Assembly: GCA_964291235.2 (NCBI GenBank)
Contig: OZ219816.1
Coordinates: 480,001-544,000 of the forward strand
DNA: 64,000 bases
Source of the DNA: Vicinamibacteria bacterium
GTDB lineage: Bacteria; Acidobacteriota; Vicinamibacteria; Marinacidobacterales; Marinacidobacteraceae
Direction: 5' to 3'
The first letter of the stretch is position 1, and each line of letters starts with the position of its first letter. Of this stretch, positions 56,750 through 64,000 are shown in pieces. A program made the translations under genes and the position numbers. The notes beneath the pieces are model-generated. The model saw only the letters and a list, made by a program, of their open reading frames with translations, was not told where the DNA came from and did no database searches.

Positions 56750-57721
56750 TTACGGGAGGGTGATGGAGTCGGGGGCGAGGCGCTGCGCGACGTGTGTGGA
56801 GCCGCTGTCGATCGCGGAACCGCTTGGGGCGGCGGCATCGGTGCGTTCCTCGATGCTGAGCACGGCTTCGGCGGCGGCGTTGACGCCGCCCCACGTATCG
56901 AGGATCCGCCAGTTGCGGGTCTCGCGGGCGCGCTGGACGTCGTCCAAGAGTTGCTGCTCCTCGGCAGATAGTTCCTGCGCGGCGGGCGGTGGCCCGCACC
57001 ACCTGGCGAGCTTCCTCCCGGTCGATCGGGCCTGGCCCGCGGTGCGGGTGACGGCGACGACGCGGACGGTGCGGCCGTCGCGGCGGAGGGCGTTCCAGAG
57101 GGACTGGTGGCCCTCGCCCCAGTAGTCGAGTTGGTTGATGTCCGCGCTGCTGGCGACGGTGTAGACGAAGGTGGCGGAACGCTCGTCGGCGGCGATCGGC
57201 AGCTTGACGGCGAAATAGCGGACGGTGGGCCTAACCGCGCCCTTGAAGATGCGCTGGGGAAGATGCGCCAGCGGAATGCCGAGCCCGGTGAAGTGGGCGA
57301 CTTTTTCCTGCTCGGTGGGAAGCCAGGGCAGTTTTGTGTGCTCGGTGACGTAGTCGAGGGAGAGCAGGCGTCGGAAGAGCAGGCCGGGGGACCCGCGGCG
57401 GCGGTGGCGGACGTGCTCGATGCCGAGGGCGCGGTAGATGGGCCGCGCGGAGACGTGACAGAGATGTTCGGACGCGGTGCCCCGGTCGGGGGCAAGGGGC
57501 TGTTCGGACGCGGCGCCGGCGTCGATGAGACGCTGGACGAAACGGAGTCCCGTTGTTTGGTGGCATTGGCGGTGGGCCGCGTATTGCGAGCGAAGAAACA
57601 CGCCGCTGTGGAGGCAGACGAGGGCGAGCCAGGTGGCGTCGCGCCCCGTCCAGCCGAGCGGCTGCAGCGCGGCCTCACGGCCGGCCAGGTGGGGGATGAC
57701 GGGGTCGGGTCTGGCGGTCAC
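56750..57721 (-). CDS. Hypothetical conjugative-element protein, probable wHTH N-domain
   Basis: GWTGRDA..LVCLHSGVFLRSQY, RHRR, RLLSLDYV, WLPTEQEKV, RYFAVKLPI; GTGA overlap with the upstream gene. Confidence 0.7.
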   Translation of the reverse strand: MTARPDPVIPHLAGREAALQPLGWTGRDATWLALVCLHSGVFLRSQYAAHRQCHQTTGLRFVQRLIDAGAASEQPLAPDRGTASEHLCHVSARPIYRALGIEHVRHRRRGSPGLLFRRLLSLDYVTEHTKLPWLPTEQEKVAHFTGLGIPLAHLPQRIFKGAVRPTVRYFAVKLPIAADERSATFVYTVASSADINQLDYWGEGHQSLWNALRRDGRTVRVVAVTRTAGQARSTGRKLARWCGPPPAAQELSAEEQQLLDDVQRARETRNWRILDTWGGVNAAAEAVLSIEERTDAAAPSGSAIDSGSTHVAQRLAPDSITLP

Positions 57722-59118
57722 GGATCGTTTCCGCCTCCCAGGAGGCTGCGGTCGAGGTCCGCGCGGGGCAGGGCGTCGGAGTAGATGGCGCGGTCGCCGT
57801 CGAGGGGCGATCGGCGGCAGCGGTAGAGAACGGTACGGGGCGTCTGGCGGGCGGCGTGCCAGCCGGTGTCGGACTGGAGCTTGCCGCCGAGTTCGCGGAC
57901 CGCGCAGTCGGCGAACACGCTGCGCAGGGTGCGGTCGGCGCGGGTGAGGAAGAGGGTGTCGCCGGGGAAGGCGACGTGGTTGACATACAGCGAGCCGCCC
58001 GGCGCGAGGCGGGAGCGGACGAGGCGGTAGAACTCGACAGTGAGGAGGTGCCGGGGAATGGAGCGCCAGTTCGAGAAGGCATCGGCCACGATGGCGTCCC
58101 ACTCTGCGGGGTCGTCCCGGAGGAAGGCGCGCGCATCGCGGGCGTGGAAGGTTCCGGCGGCGCCGTCCGGGACCTGGAGGAAGCGGGCGGCGATGCGCTG
58201 CTGGGCCGGGTCGACGTCGATGAAGACCGGCTTGATGGGACAGGGGGCGCCCTGTCCGAGGGTCATGCCGGCGGCGCCGAGGACGAGGACGCGCGTTTCG
58301 CGGGCCTCGCAGAGGGTGGTTTCGAGGAGTTCGACGTAGGCCCAACCCGTGCCGTGCCGATCGTGGCCCGAGGCGCGCTGGTTATTGACTTCGAGCGCCG
58401 ACCGGCCCTCGGGGAGGGGGGTGATCCGGTAGTCGGCGTAGGCGTTGCGCTCGACGTAGGTCGTCGCTTCGAGGTAGAGGTCGAACGAAAGGAGGGCGGC
58501 GACTGCAGCGGTGGCGAGCGCGTATCCGGTGGCGACGCGGCGGGATGCGAGGGCGGCGGCGGCGAGGAGGCCTGCGCAGAGGATGAGGGCGGAGGCGGCC
58601 GTGCCGAGAAAGCGCAGGAGGAGGAAGGTGGTCGCCAGGGCTCCGGCGACGTTGCCGACGGTGGACAGGGCGAAGACGCGGCCGGCGGTGGCAGAGCGCT
58701 CGGCGGGAGGCGCACAGGCGTGGGCCAGGAGGACGGATTCGGCGAGAAGCCAGCCGATGGGGGCGATGCCGACAACGGCGTAGAAGCCGGCCTGGGCGAG
58801 CGGGGGCAGGGGCAGGCCGAAGGCGAGGAGGATGGCGGGCTCGGAGAGCCAGAAGGCGGCCAGCGCCGCCGCGAGCGCCAGCCGGAACGCGAGCCGCGGG
58901 CGAGGGTCGCCATCCTCGGCGAGGCGGCCGCCGCGGCGGTAGCCGCCGGCGAGGGCGGCCAGGTAGGCGGCGAGGAGCACGGTGGTGACGTCGACCGAAG
59001 TACCCGCCCAGGGGGCGATACGCCGCAGTGCGAGGATCTCCGTCCCGAGCGAGGCGTAGCCTTCCGCGAACAGCACGACGCTGAGGGCGAAGGGGCGCAG
59101 CGCAGGGGGGCGCGTCAT
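57718..59118 (-). CDS. Fused membrane domain / spermidine-synthase-like SAM-fold protein
   Basis: GYASLGTEILALR..GTS, FALSTVGNVAGA TM region; VLVLGAAG, IDVDP, DARAFL, WDAIVADAFS, HLLTVEFY, LAPGG. Confidence 0.85.
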   Translation of the reverse strand: MTRPPALRPFALSVVLFAEGYASLGTEILALRRIAPWAGTSVDVTTVLLAAYLAALAGGYRRGGRLAEDGDPRPRLAFRLALAAALAAFWLSEPAILLAFGLPLPPLAQAGFYAVVGIAPIGWLLAESVLLAHACAPPAERSATAGRVFALSTVGNVAGALATTFLLLRFLGTAASALILCAGLLAAAALASRRVATGYALATAAVAALLSFDLYLEATTYVERNAYADYRITPLPEGRSALEVNNQRASGHDRHGTGWAYVELLETTLCEARETRVLVLGAAGMTLGQGAPCPIKPVFIDVDPAQQRIAARFLQVPDGAAGTFHARDARAFLRDDPAEWDAIVADAFSNWRSIPRHLLTVEFYRLVRSRLAPGGSLYVNHVAFPGDTLFLTRADRTLRSVFADCAVRELGGKLQSDTGWHAARQTPRTVLYRCRRSPLDGDRAIYSDALPRADLDRSLLGGGNDP

Positions 59119-59408
59119 GGCCGGAGGGAGGATTGCGGGAGGCCGTATGCATCGTGCGTACGCATACGGTATGTATCGTGTGTATGCATGCGGTGCATAC
59201 GGTGTGCGCGGCCGGAGGAGATGACTTCGAAGGTCGGGGGCCAGGCTGTGGGGCGGGCGTCCGCGGGTGGCGCGCCGCAGTCTCGTGCCAGGACGTTGGG
59301 GTACGAGACGATCCACAGGAGCATCGCGAGGAGCAGCACGAGCAAGAACATGTGGAGGGGGATTTCGTTGTCGAGGCGGTCCCGGCGGCAATGGCGGCAG
59401 TACGTCAT
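59115..59408 (-). CDS. 97-aa membrane peptide with N-terminal CxxC and His/Met-rich tail
   Basis: ATGA overlaps at both ends; MTYCRHC, one TM helix, HRMHRMHTHDTYRMRTHD. Confidence 0.55.
   Translation of the reverse strand: MTYCRHCRRDRLDNEIPLHMFLLVLLLAMLLWIVSYPNVLARDCGAPPADARPTAWPPTFEVISSGRAHRMHRMHTHDTYRMRTHDAYGLPQSSLRP
59145..59210. repeat. Degenerate 24-bp tandem repeat built of alternating purine-pyrimidine tracts
   Basis: GTATGCATCGTGCGTACGCATACG / GTATGTATCGTGTGTATGCATGCG, then GTGCATACG. Confidence 0.85.
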
Positions 59409-60070
59409 TCGAAGGCGGCGGCGCGATCGGCCTGCAGGTAGGTGATGACGAGTCCCATGGGGTTGGAGGGGAGGAGTTCGGGCGGGACCTGGTCGAGGAA
59501 GGTGAACTGGAGGCTGATGGTCCAGCGTTCGCGCGTGGTTGCCTGGCCGCGCTCGAGGGTTACGAGGTCGAAGTCGGCGGTTGCCGCGTGGGGCGGCTCC
59601 GGGTTCGGGTTGATCCGGAGCACGACGCCCTCGACCTGGAGTTCGGCGGCCGTGATGCCGGCAGCCATTTGGGCGACGGCGTCGCTGTCGGCGCGGAAGG
59701 CGGCGTTCGCCAGGTCGCTGCTCAGGAAGTTCAGGGACCGGGCCCAGGACGTCTCGACCGTGGCCCGGCGGCGCGAGTAGAAGTCGGAGAGCCACTGGTT
59801 GAGGAAGTACTTGGTGGTGGGGTCGAGGGGGTCGGCCTGGGCTTCGACGGCCTCGTAGGCGAGGGCCTCGGCGCGGCCGACCTCGTCGACGCGGATGACG
59901 ATGGGCTTGGGCAGCTCCACGGCGGAGAGGCGCACGACGGCAACGAGGAGCAGTACGGCGAATCCGCCGAGGGCCAGGAGCCAGAGGCGGAGGAAGCGGT
60001 TGCTGGCGACCTGCTCGGCCCAGATCTCGGCGAACTCCCTGCCGGGGTCTGGCTTCTTCCGGCGTGCCAT
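59405..60070 (-). CDS. virB8: VirB8/TrbF-family protein
   Basis: TM helix, PIVIRVDEVG, KYFL, NPMGLVITY. Confidence 0.88.
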   Translation of the reverse strand: MARRKKPDPGREFAEIWAEQVASNRFLRLWLLALGGFAVLLLVAVVRLSAVELPKPIVIRVDEVGRAEALAYEAVEAQADPLDPTTKYFLNQWLSDFYSRRRATVETSWARSLNFLSSDLANAAFRADSDAVAQMAAGITAAELQVEGVVLRINPNPEPPHAATADFDLVTLERGQATTRERWTISLQFTFLDQVPPELLPSNPMGLVITYLQADRAAAFE

Positions 60071-60082
60071 GGCCGGTTCTCC

Positions 60083-61213
60083 CTACTTGCCCTTGCCGGC
60101 GACGGCGGCGATCTTCCCTGCGCCGCCGGTGGCGAGCATGAGGCCGGTAGTGGCCATGCCGGCGACGTTCATGCCGCCGCCGCCGGCGCCGCTGACGAGG
60201 GAGCTGGCGATCTCTCCGACCTTGGTGGAGGACAGGACCGCGGCGACGGCGAGAGGGACGATCCCGATGAACCAGGCGGCGGACCAGCCGAGGCTCGAGA
60301 AGTCGATGGTCGCGTTGATGAAGGTGTTGACGTAGGCCAGCGCGATGGAGGACCAGACGTAGAGCATGGCGCCGGCGACGGCGCTGTAGAGGCTGTAGAC
60401 GAAGAGGGAGCGGAGCCAGCCCCAGAAGAGGAAGGAGAGGGGCTGGAAGATGAAGAAGGGGACGAAGACGGGCCCGACGTAGATCAGGATGTTGATGACG
60501 ACGAGGGCGTAGAGGACCTGGGCGTAGGCGAAGCAGAAGACGAGGATGAGGAGCACGCAGAAGAGCGGCAGGACGACGGCGGTGACGGAGAGGGTGTAGA
60601 GCGTGCCGCCGCCGCCCGTGATCAGGCTCCAGAGGGTCTGGGCGTCCCAGACGGCGGTGAGGTGGTTGCTGATGTTCTCGATGAGGTTCGTGAACGCCTC
60701 GAACATCTGGGCGGGCACGGACTCGACGAAGGTCTGGCTGATGAAGTTGCCGCCCGCCGGGATGATCATGGGGAACGGCATGCCGACGCCGGGGATCGGG
60801 GTTGCGTAGGTCTGCAGGATCCAGAGGGGGATGATGATGTTGAGGATCAGCCGGAAGAGGTCCCAGGAGCTCCAGCCGCCTCCGCCGAAAGCGATGCGGA
60901 GGCCGGTCCAGGAGATGAGGATCACGGCGAGGCCGCGCCAGAGGGCCATGCCGGTGGCCTGGAGGGGCGAGCCGCCGGCCGCCGTGAAGATGTCGCTGAG
61001 GATCGTGTTCAGGAGCCCCATGTGGTCGGTGAGCTGGTCGACCGGGATGGTGGCGGGCAGGGCCGGGTTCGGCAGCTGTGCCGGCGGTGGCTGCCCCAGG
61101 ACGAGGCTCGGGGCCAGCAGAAGCAGCCCGGCCAGGAGCAGGCGTCGAACGGTCACCGGTGGTGAAGGCATGGAGCTCAGCCGGCTGGCGATTGCTTCGC
61201 GTGCGGACGGCAT
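60083..61213 (-). CDS. virB6: VirB6/TrbL-family protein
   Basis: Multi-TM; VGPVFVPFFIF..FLFWGWLR; Gly/Ala-rich tail; true start may be 61171. Confidence 0.85.
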   Translation of the reverse strand: MPSAREAIASRLSSMPSPPVTVRRLLLAGLLLLAPSLVLGQPPPAQLPNPALPATIPVDQLTDHMGLLNTILSDIFTAAGGSPLQATGMALWRGLAVILISWTGLRIAFGGGGWSSWDLFRLILNIIIPLWILQTYATPIPGVGMPFPMIIPAGGNFISQTFVESVPAQMFEAFTNLIENISNHLTAVWDAQTLWSLITGGGGTLYTLSVTAVVLPLFCVLLILVFCFAYAQVLYALVVINILIYVGPVFVPFFIFQPLSFLFWGWLRSLFVYSLYSAVAGAMLYVWSSIALAYVNTFINATIDFSSLGWSAAWFIGIVPLAVAAVLSSTKVGEIASSLVSGAGGGGMNVAGMATTGLMLATGGAGKIAAVAGKGK

Positions 61214-61267
61214 GCGCCTTCGGCATGCAACTCGTGCATACCGTGCATATGCATACCGTTCATACGG
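61211..61267. repeat. CGTGCATAC-like 9-bp array upstream of virB6
   Basis: CGTGCATAC 61233-41, CGTGCATAT 61242-50, GCATAC 61251-56, CGTTCATAC 61257-65. Confidence 0.85.
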
Positions 61268-61285
61268 CGAGGAGCGGCCCGATCG

Positions 61286-62207
61286 TCACCGGGGCCCGTA
61301 GCTGGTGGGCAGGAGCAGGCCCCGGCCCATCGAGGACGCGTTGGCCTGGAGCCAGGTGGTGGTGGCTTCGGCCTGGGTCCGGGCGGTTGTGTGTGCGCCG
61401 GCCCAGTCCGTCAGGGCCTCGCGCCGGTCGCGTTCGGCCTCGTGGCTGTCCTGGATTTCGCGGATTGCCTGGAGGGCGAGCAGCTGGTTGGTCGCGACCT
61501 GGAGTTCGGCCTGGGTGAGTTGCGCGGCGAGGACGGCCTGCTGCAGCGCGGTGCCGGAGAGGTTCGTCTGGCTCCGGAGGGTGGCGATGGAGGTCTGGGT
61601 GTCCGCGAGCTGCGCCGCGAGTTCCCGGGCGGCATCGAGGGCCGCGTAGTCGGCGGCGAGCCGCCGTTCGGCGGTGTCGCGGTTCGCGCGCCAGTCCCTG
61701 ACGGCTCTTTGCCGCGTGGCGGGGTCGTTCGGGAAGAGCGCCCGGATATCGGCCACTCGGACATCGTCGACCGCGCCGAGCGCGTCGCGCCAGACCGTCG
61801 TGAGGTCGGCGCCCTGCGGGTCGGTGAGTTCGAGGAACTCCCGGGCGAGCAGGCGCGTGCCAGCATCGCGGAAGGCGGTGGTCCAGGCCGGGGGCGCGAT
61901 GTGCTTGAGGAGTTCCGCCGGTTCGGAGGAGAGCTGCTCGAACGACTGGGGCAACGCGGCGCTTGCCAAGGTCCCGAGCGCCTCCTGTCCGGGCCCGGTT
62001 GATCTCCTCGCTGATCTTCTGGCTATTGAGCGTCCGGACGCCGTTCACCGCGGCGACGACGGCGGCCATGTCGAGTGAGCCACTCAGGGCGTTGACGGCG
62101 GAGACCACAGCGGAAAAACTGGAGGCCTTCAGGTCGGGGGCCGGAACGAGGAGGAGGGCGGGGACGAGGAGGAGAACGAGGCTCCAGCGGAGGGCGGTGC
62201 GGATCAT
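61286..62207 (-). pseudogene. VirB5/TrbJ-like exported helical protein split by a frameshift at about 61975-62040
   Basis: Signal peptide ORF from 62207 (ATGA-coupled to virB10); Q/A-rich coiled-coil C-half in another frame; lies just before virB6. Confidence 0.65.
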
Positions 62208-63484
62208 GGGAGGCTCCTGCGGTTGGACGGGAAGAGGGCGTCGCTGGTGAACCAGATCCGGAGCCGGTGGCCGGCCCGGATCGTCACGGTGGGGAGGCGG
62301 TTGAGGAAGCGGCGCATGACCTGGAGTCCGCTTTCGGACGTGCCCTGGGCGACGCCGCTGCGGTAGCCGGCGAGTCCGCCGGCGTAGGGGTTGCCGCCGA
62401 GGGCGGCGAAGCCGCTCATGAGGCCGACGGCGCCGGCGGCGAGGAAGGTCGAGAAGTAGTGCCGGTCGACCTGGTCCTTGAGGGCGCCCTCGCCGAGCTG
62501 GTTGAGTCCCTGGAACTGCAGGGCCACGTGCGTTCCGTCGGGCAGGATGACGCGGTGGAAGCCGACGGCGAGCCGCTCCTGGTCCTGCCCGCGGACGGGC
62601 TGCGCGGTGCCGATGAAGCGGCTGCCGCGGGGGATCAGGATGCGCTGCCGGTCCGTGCTGTAGAAGGGCACGGCGACGGTGGCGAGGACGGGCGAGGGGA
62701 AGTCCCCGCTGAGCTGGGTGACGAGCACGGCCTCGACGAGGGAGCCCTCGTAGATGCGTTCCCAGCCGGGCGGGTCGCGGGGGAGGGAGAAGCGGGGAGG
62801 GTTGTCGTAGTCGGGGAGGTTGTTGGAATCGGGCAGCGGGACATCGAGGGTCCCTGGAGCGGGTGTGTATCCCGATGGATCGGCGCGCGGGAGGGCCTCC
62901 GGCCCGGGGAGGGCGCCGCCCATCGCGTCTGTGGGCGCCGAAGGCGCGGCGGGCGCCGGCGTGTGGAGGCCGGGGACGGCTCCGGAGTCATCCGGGGGCG
63001 CGGCGTCCGCGCCGCGGTGGCTCTGCGCGACCGGCGAGGTCCGGAGCGACCGCAGTTGGCGCTCCATCTCTTCGAGGCGGATCGCCTGCCGCAGTTGGTG
63101 TTCCTCGGGGGTGAGCGCCTCCCCGGTGTCGGGGTCCACCGGAGGCGGACGGCCGGGGTCCGGATCTCCGGAGGCCGCCATTCCGGCGGCCTGCAGGCGG
63201 AGCTGCTGGTCGGCTTCGCGCTGCTCGGCCTGGGCGCGGAGGCGCGCCTGCAGTTCCTGTTCGCGGATCCGCCGCGGCAGCGCGTCGCCGGCGGCGGGGT
63301 TGATGATTGGCTCGTCCGCGCCGGCGGCGCTGTCAGCGTCCTGCTCCGGGTCGTCGGAGCTCAGGGAGACGCTGAGGATGAGGGCGAGGAGGAGGACGGT
63401 GATGAGGAGCACGCCGACCTTCCCGACGATGTTGGCGGGGAGCGCCCCGGCGGGCTTGGACACGAGCCGTTTCCAGGTGGACAT
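62204..63484 (-). CDS. virB10: VirB10/TrbI-family protein
   Basis: TM helix, Pro-rich linker, EAVLVT, LIPRGSRFIG, DQVDRHY, PTVTIRAGHR. Confidence 0.92.
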   Translation of the reverse strand: MSTWKRLVSKPAGALPANIVGKVGVLLITVLLLALILSVSLSSDDPEQDADSAAGADEPIINPAAGDALPRRIREQELQARLRAQAEQREADQQLRLQAAGMAASGDPDPGRPPPVDPDTGEALTPEEHQLRQAIRLEEMERQLRSLRTSPVAQSHRGADAAPPDDSGAVPGLHTPAPAAPSAPTDAMGGALPGPEALPRADPSGYTPAPGTLDVPLPDSNNLPDYDNPPRFSLPRDPPGWERIYEGSLVEAVLVTQLSGDFPSPVLATVAVPFYSTDRQRILIPRGSRFIGTAQPVRGQDQERLAVGFHRVILPDGTHVALQFQGLNQLGEGALKDQVDRHYFSTFLAAGAVGLMSGFAALGGNPYAGGLAGYRSGVAQGTSESGLQVMRRFLNRLPTVTIRAGHRLRIWFTSDALFPSNRRSLP

Positions 63485-63570
63485 GAGGGTTGTCAGCCCG
63501 GCAGGGGCGCGAAGAGAGCCTCGGGAGAAGCCCGGAGCACCGGCTGCTCGGGGAAATGGCCCGGGAACGG

Positions 63571-63601
63571 CCCGAAAACGGCCTCTCTCGCCGTTTTCGG
63601 G
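63571..63601. repeat. Perfect 12-bp inverted repeat between virB9 and virB10
   Basis: CCCGAAAACGGC-N7-GCCGTTTTCGGG. Confidence 0.8.
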
Positions 63602-63791
63602 GTCCGCGCGGGCCGGACATCGTCCGGACGGCCGCGCCGTCCTGAGGCGCGGTTTGGGGCTGACGACGCGGCGGCGCGCGCGGCGCGCGCGAGAATCGGG
63701 TCCGAAGGCTGGCGTTCTCCGGGCGGTCCGGCGGACCGGCCGTCTCCGCGAGGGGGCATCCCCGAGCGGCGGGGGGAGCGGAACGCGATGT

Positions 63792-64000
63792 TCACGGCAG
63801 CGGGTCCGGGGGCGTGAAGCGCCAGCGGGCGCGTTCGTCGCCTAGCTGGAGCCAGCCTTCGCCGATGATGCGCCGGACGACGTAGAGGCCGGTCTCGGTG
63901 AGGTCGTAGGGCACCAGCGAGGGCTCGCCGTCCTTGCGCTCGTAGAGCGCGGCGGACTCCGGGGCGCGGCTCCGGAGGTAGGTGAACTGGCCGTCGTGCC
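63792..64000 (-). CDS. virB9: VirB9/TrbG C-terminus (runs off window; not in ORF track)
   Basis: Hand translation HDGQFTYLRSRAPESAALYERKDGEPSLVPY..GLYVVRRII..GWLQLG. Confidence 0.85.
   Translation of the reverse strand, partial: HDGQFTYLRSRAPESAALYERKDGEPSLVPYDLTETGLYVVRRIIGEGWLQLGDERARWRFTPPDPLP

Larger units (their letters stand above)
52000..64000 (-). mobile_element. Part of a conjugative element (ICE or integrated plasmid) with a VirB/VirD4-type T4SS
   Basis: Co-oriented virB9, B10, B5-like, B6, B8, virD4, virB11; appears more GC-rich than the core; no integrase or canonical relaxase inside the window. Confidence 0.85.

Overview
High-GC bacterial DNA, most likely Acidobacteriota (Cys-rich insert near the RpoB N-terminus, an ADOP-type duplicated permease, and the style of the T4SS genes). 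It has three parts. (1) 1-33.6 kb is one unbroken minus-strand block of core genes: rplY-pth-rpsF-rpsR-rplI-dnaB-radA-ispDF-rlmB, tRNA Thr/Tyr/Gly/Thr, tuf-rpmG-tRNA-Trp-secE-nusG-rplKAJL-rpoBC, rpsLG-fusA (no tuf follows it), then the S10 and spc genes to rplF. Several normally invariant residues are changed: RpoB D516E, the beta-prime bridge helix, the L22 tunnel hairpin, EF-Tu, and the tRNA-Gly T-loop. (2) 33.7-52 kb is an eroded accessory belt. It holds IS3/IS30/IS481/IS21 scraps; MmeI, sigma70 and AbiEii fragments; a nonsense-mutated ABC ATPase beside intact ankyrin and permease genes; LtrA; a MazEF-type pair; a doubly broken TonB-dependent receptor; and an SDR. (3) 52-64 kb is part of a conjugative type IV element: virB9, B10, frameshifted B5-like, B6, B8, virD4 and virB11. 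A membrane-fused spermidine-synthase-like gene, an uncharacterised putative DNA-processing protein and a PC4-like SSB sit inside this gene run. It also has an inverted-repeat cluster (candidate oriT) and two purine/pyrimidine-alternating GTATGCA/TGCATAC arrays placed just upstream of start codons. All calls come from reading motifs by eye; no searches were run, and E. coli residue numbers are recalled, not aligned.
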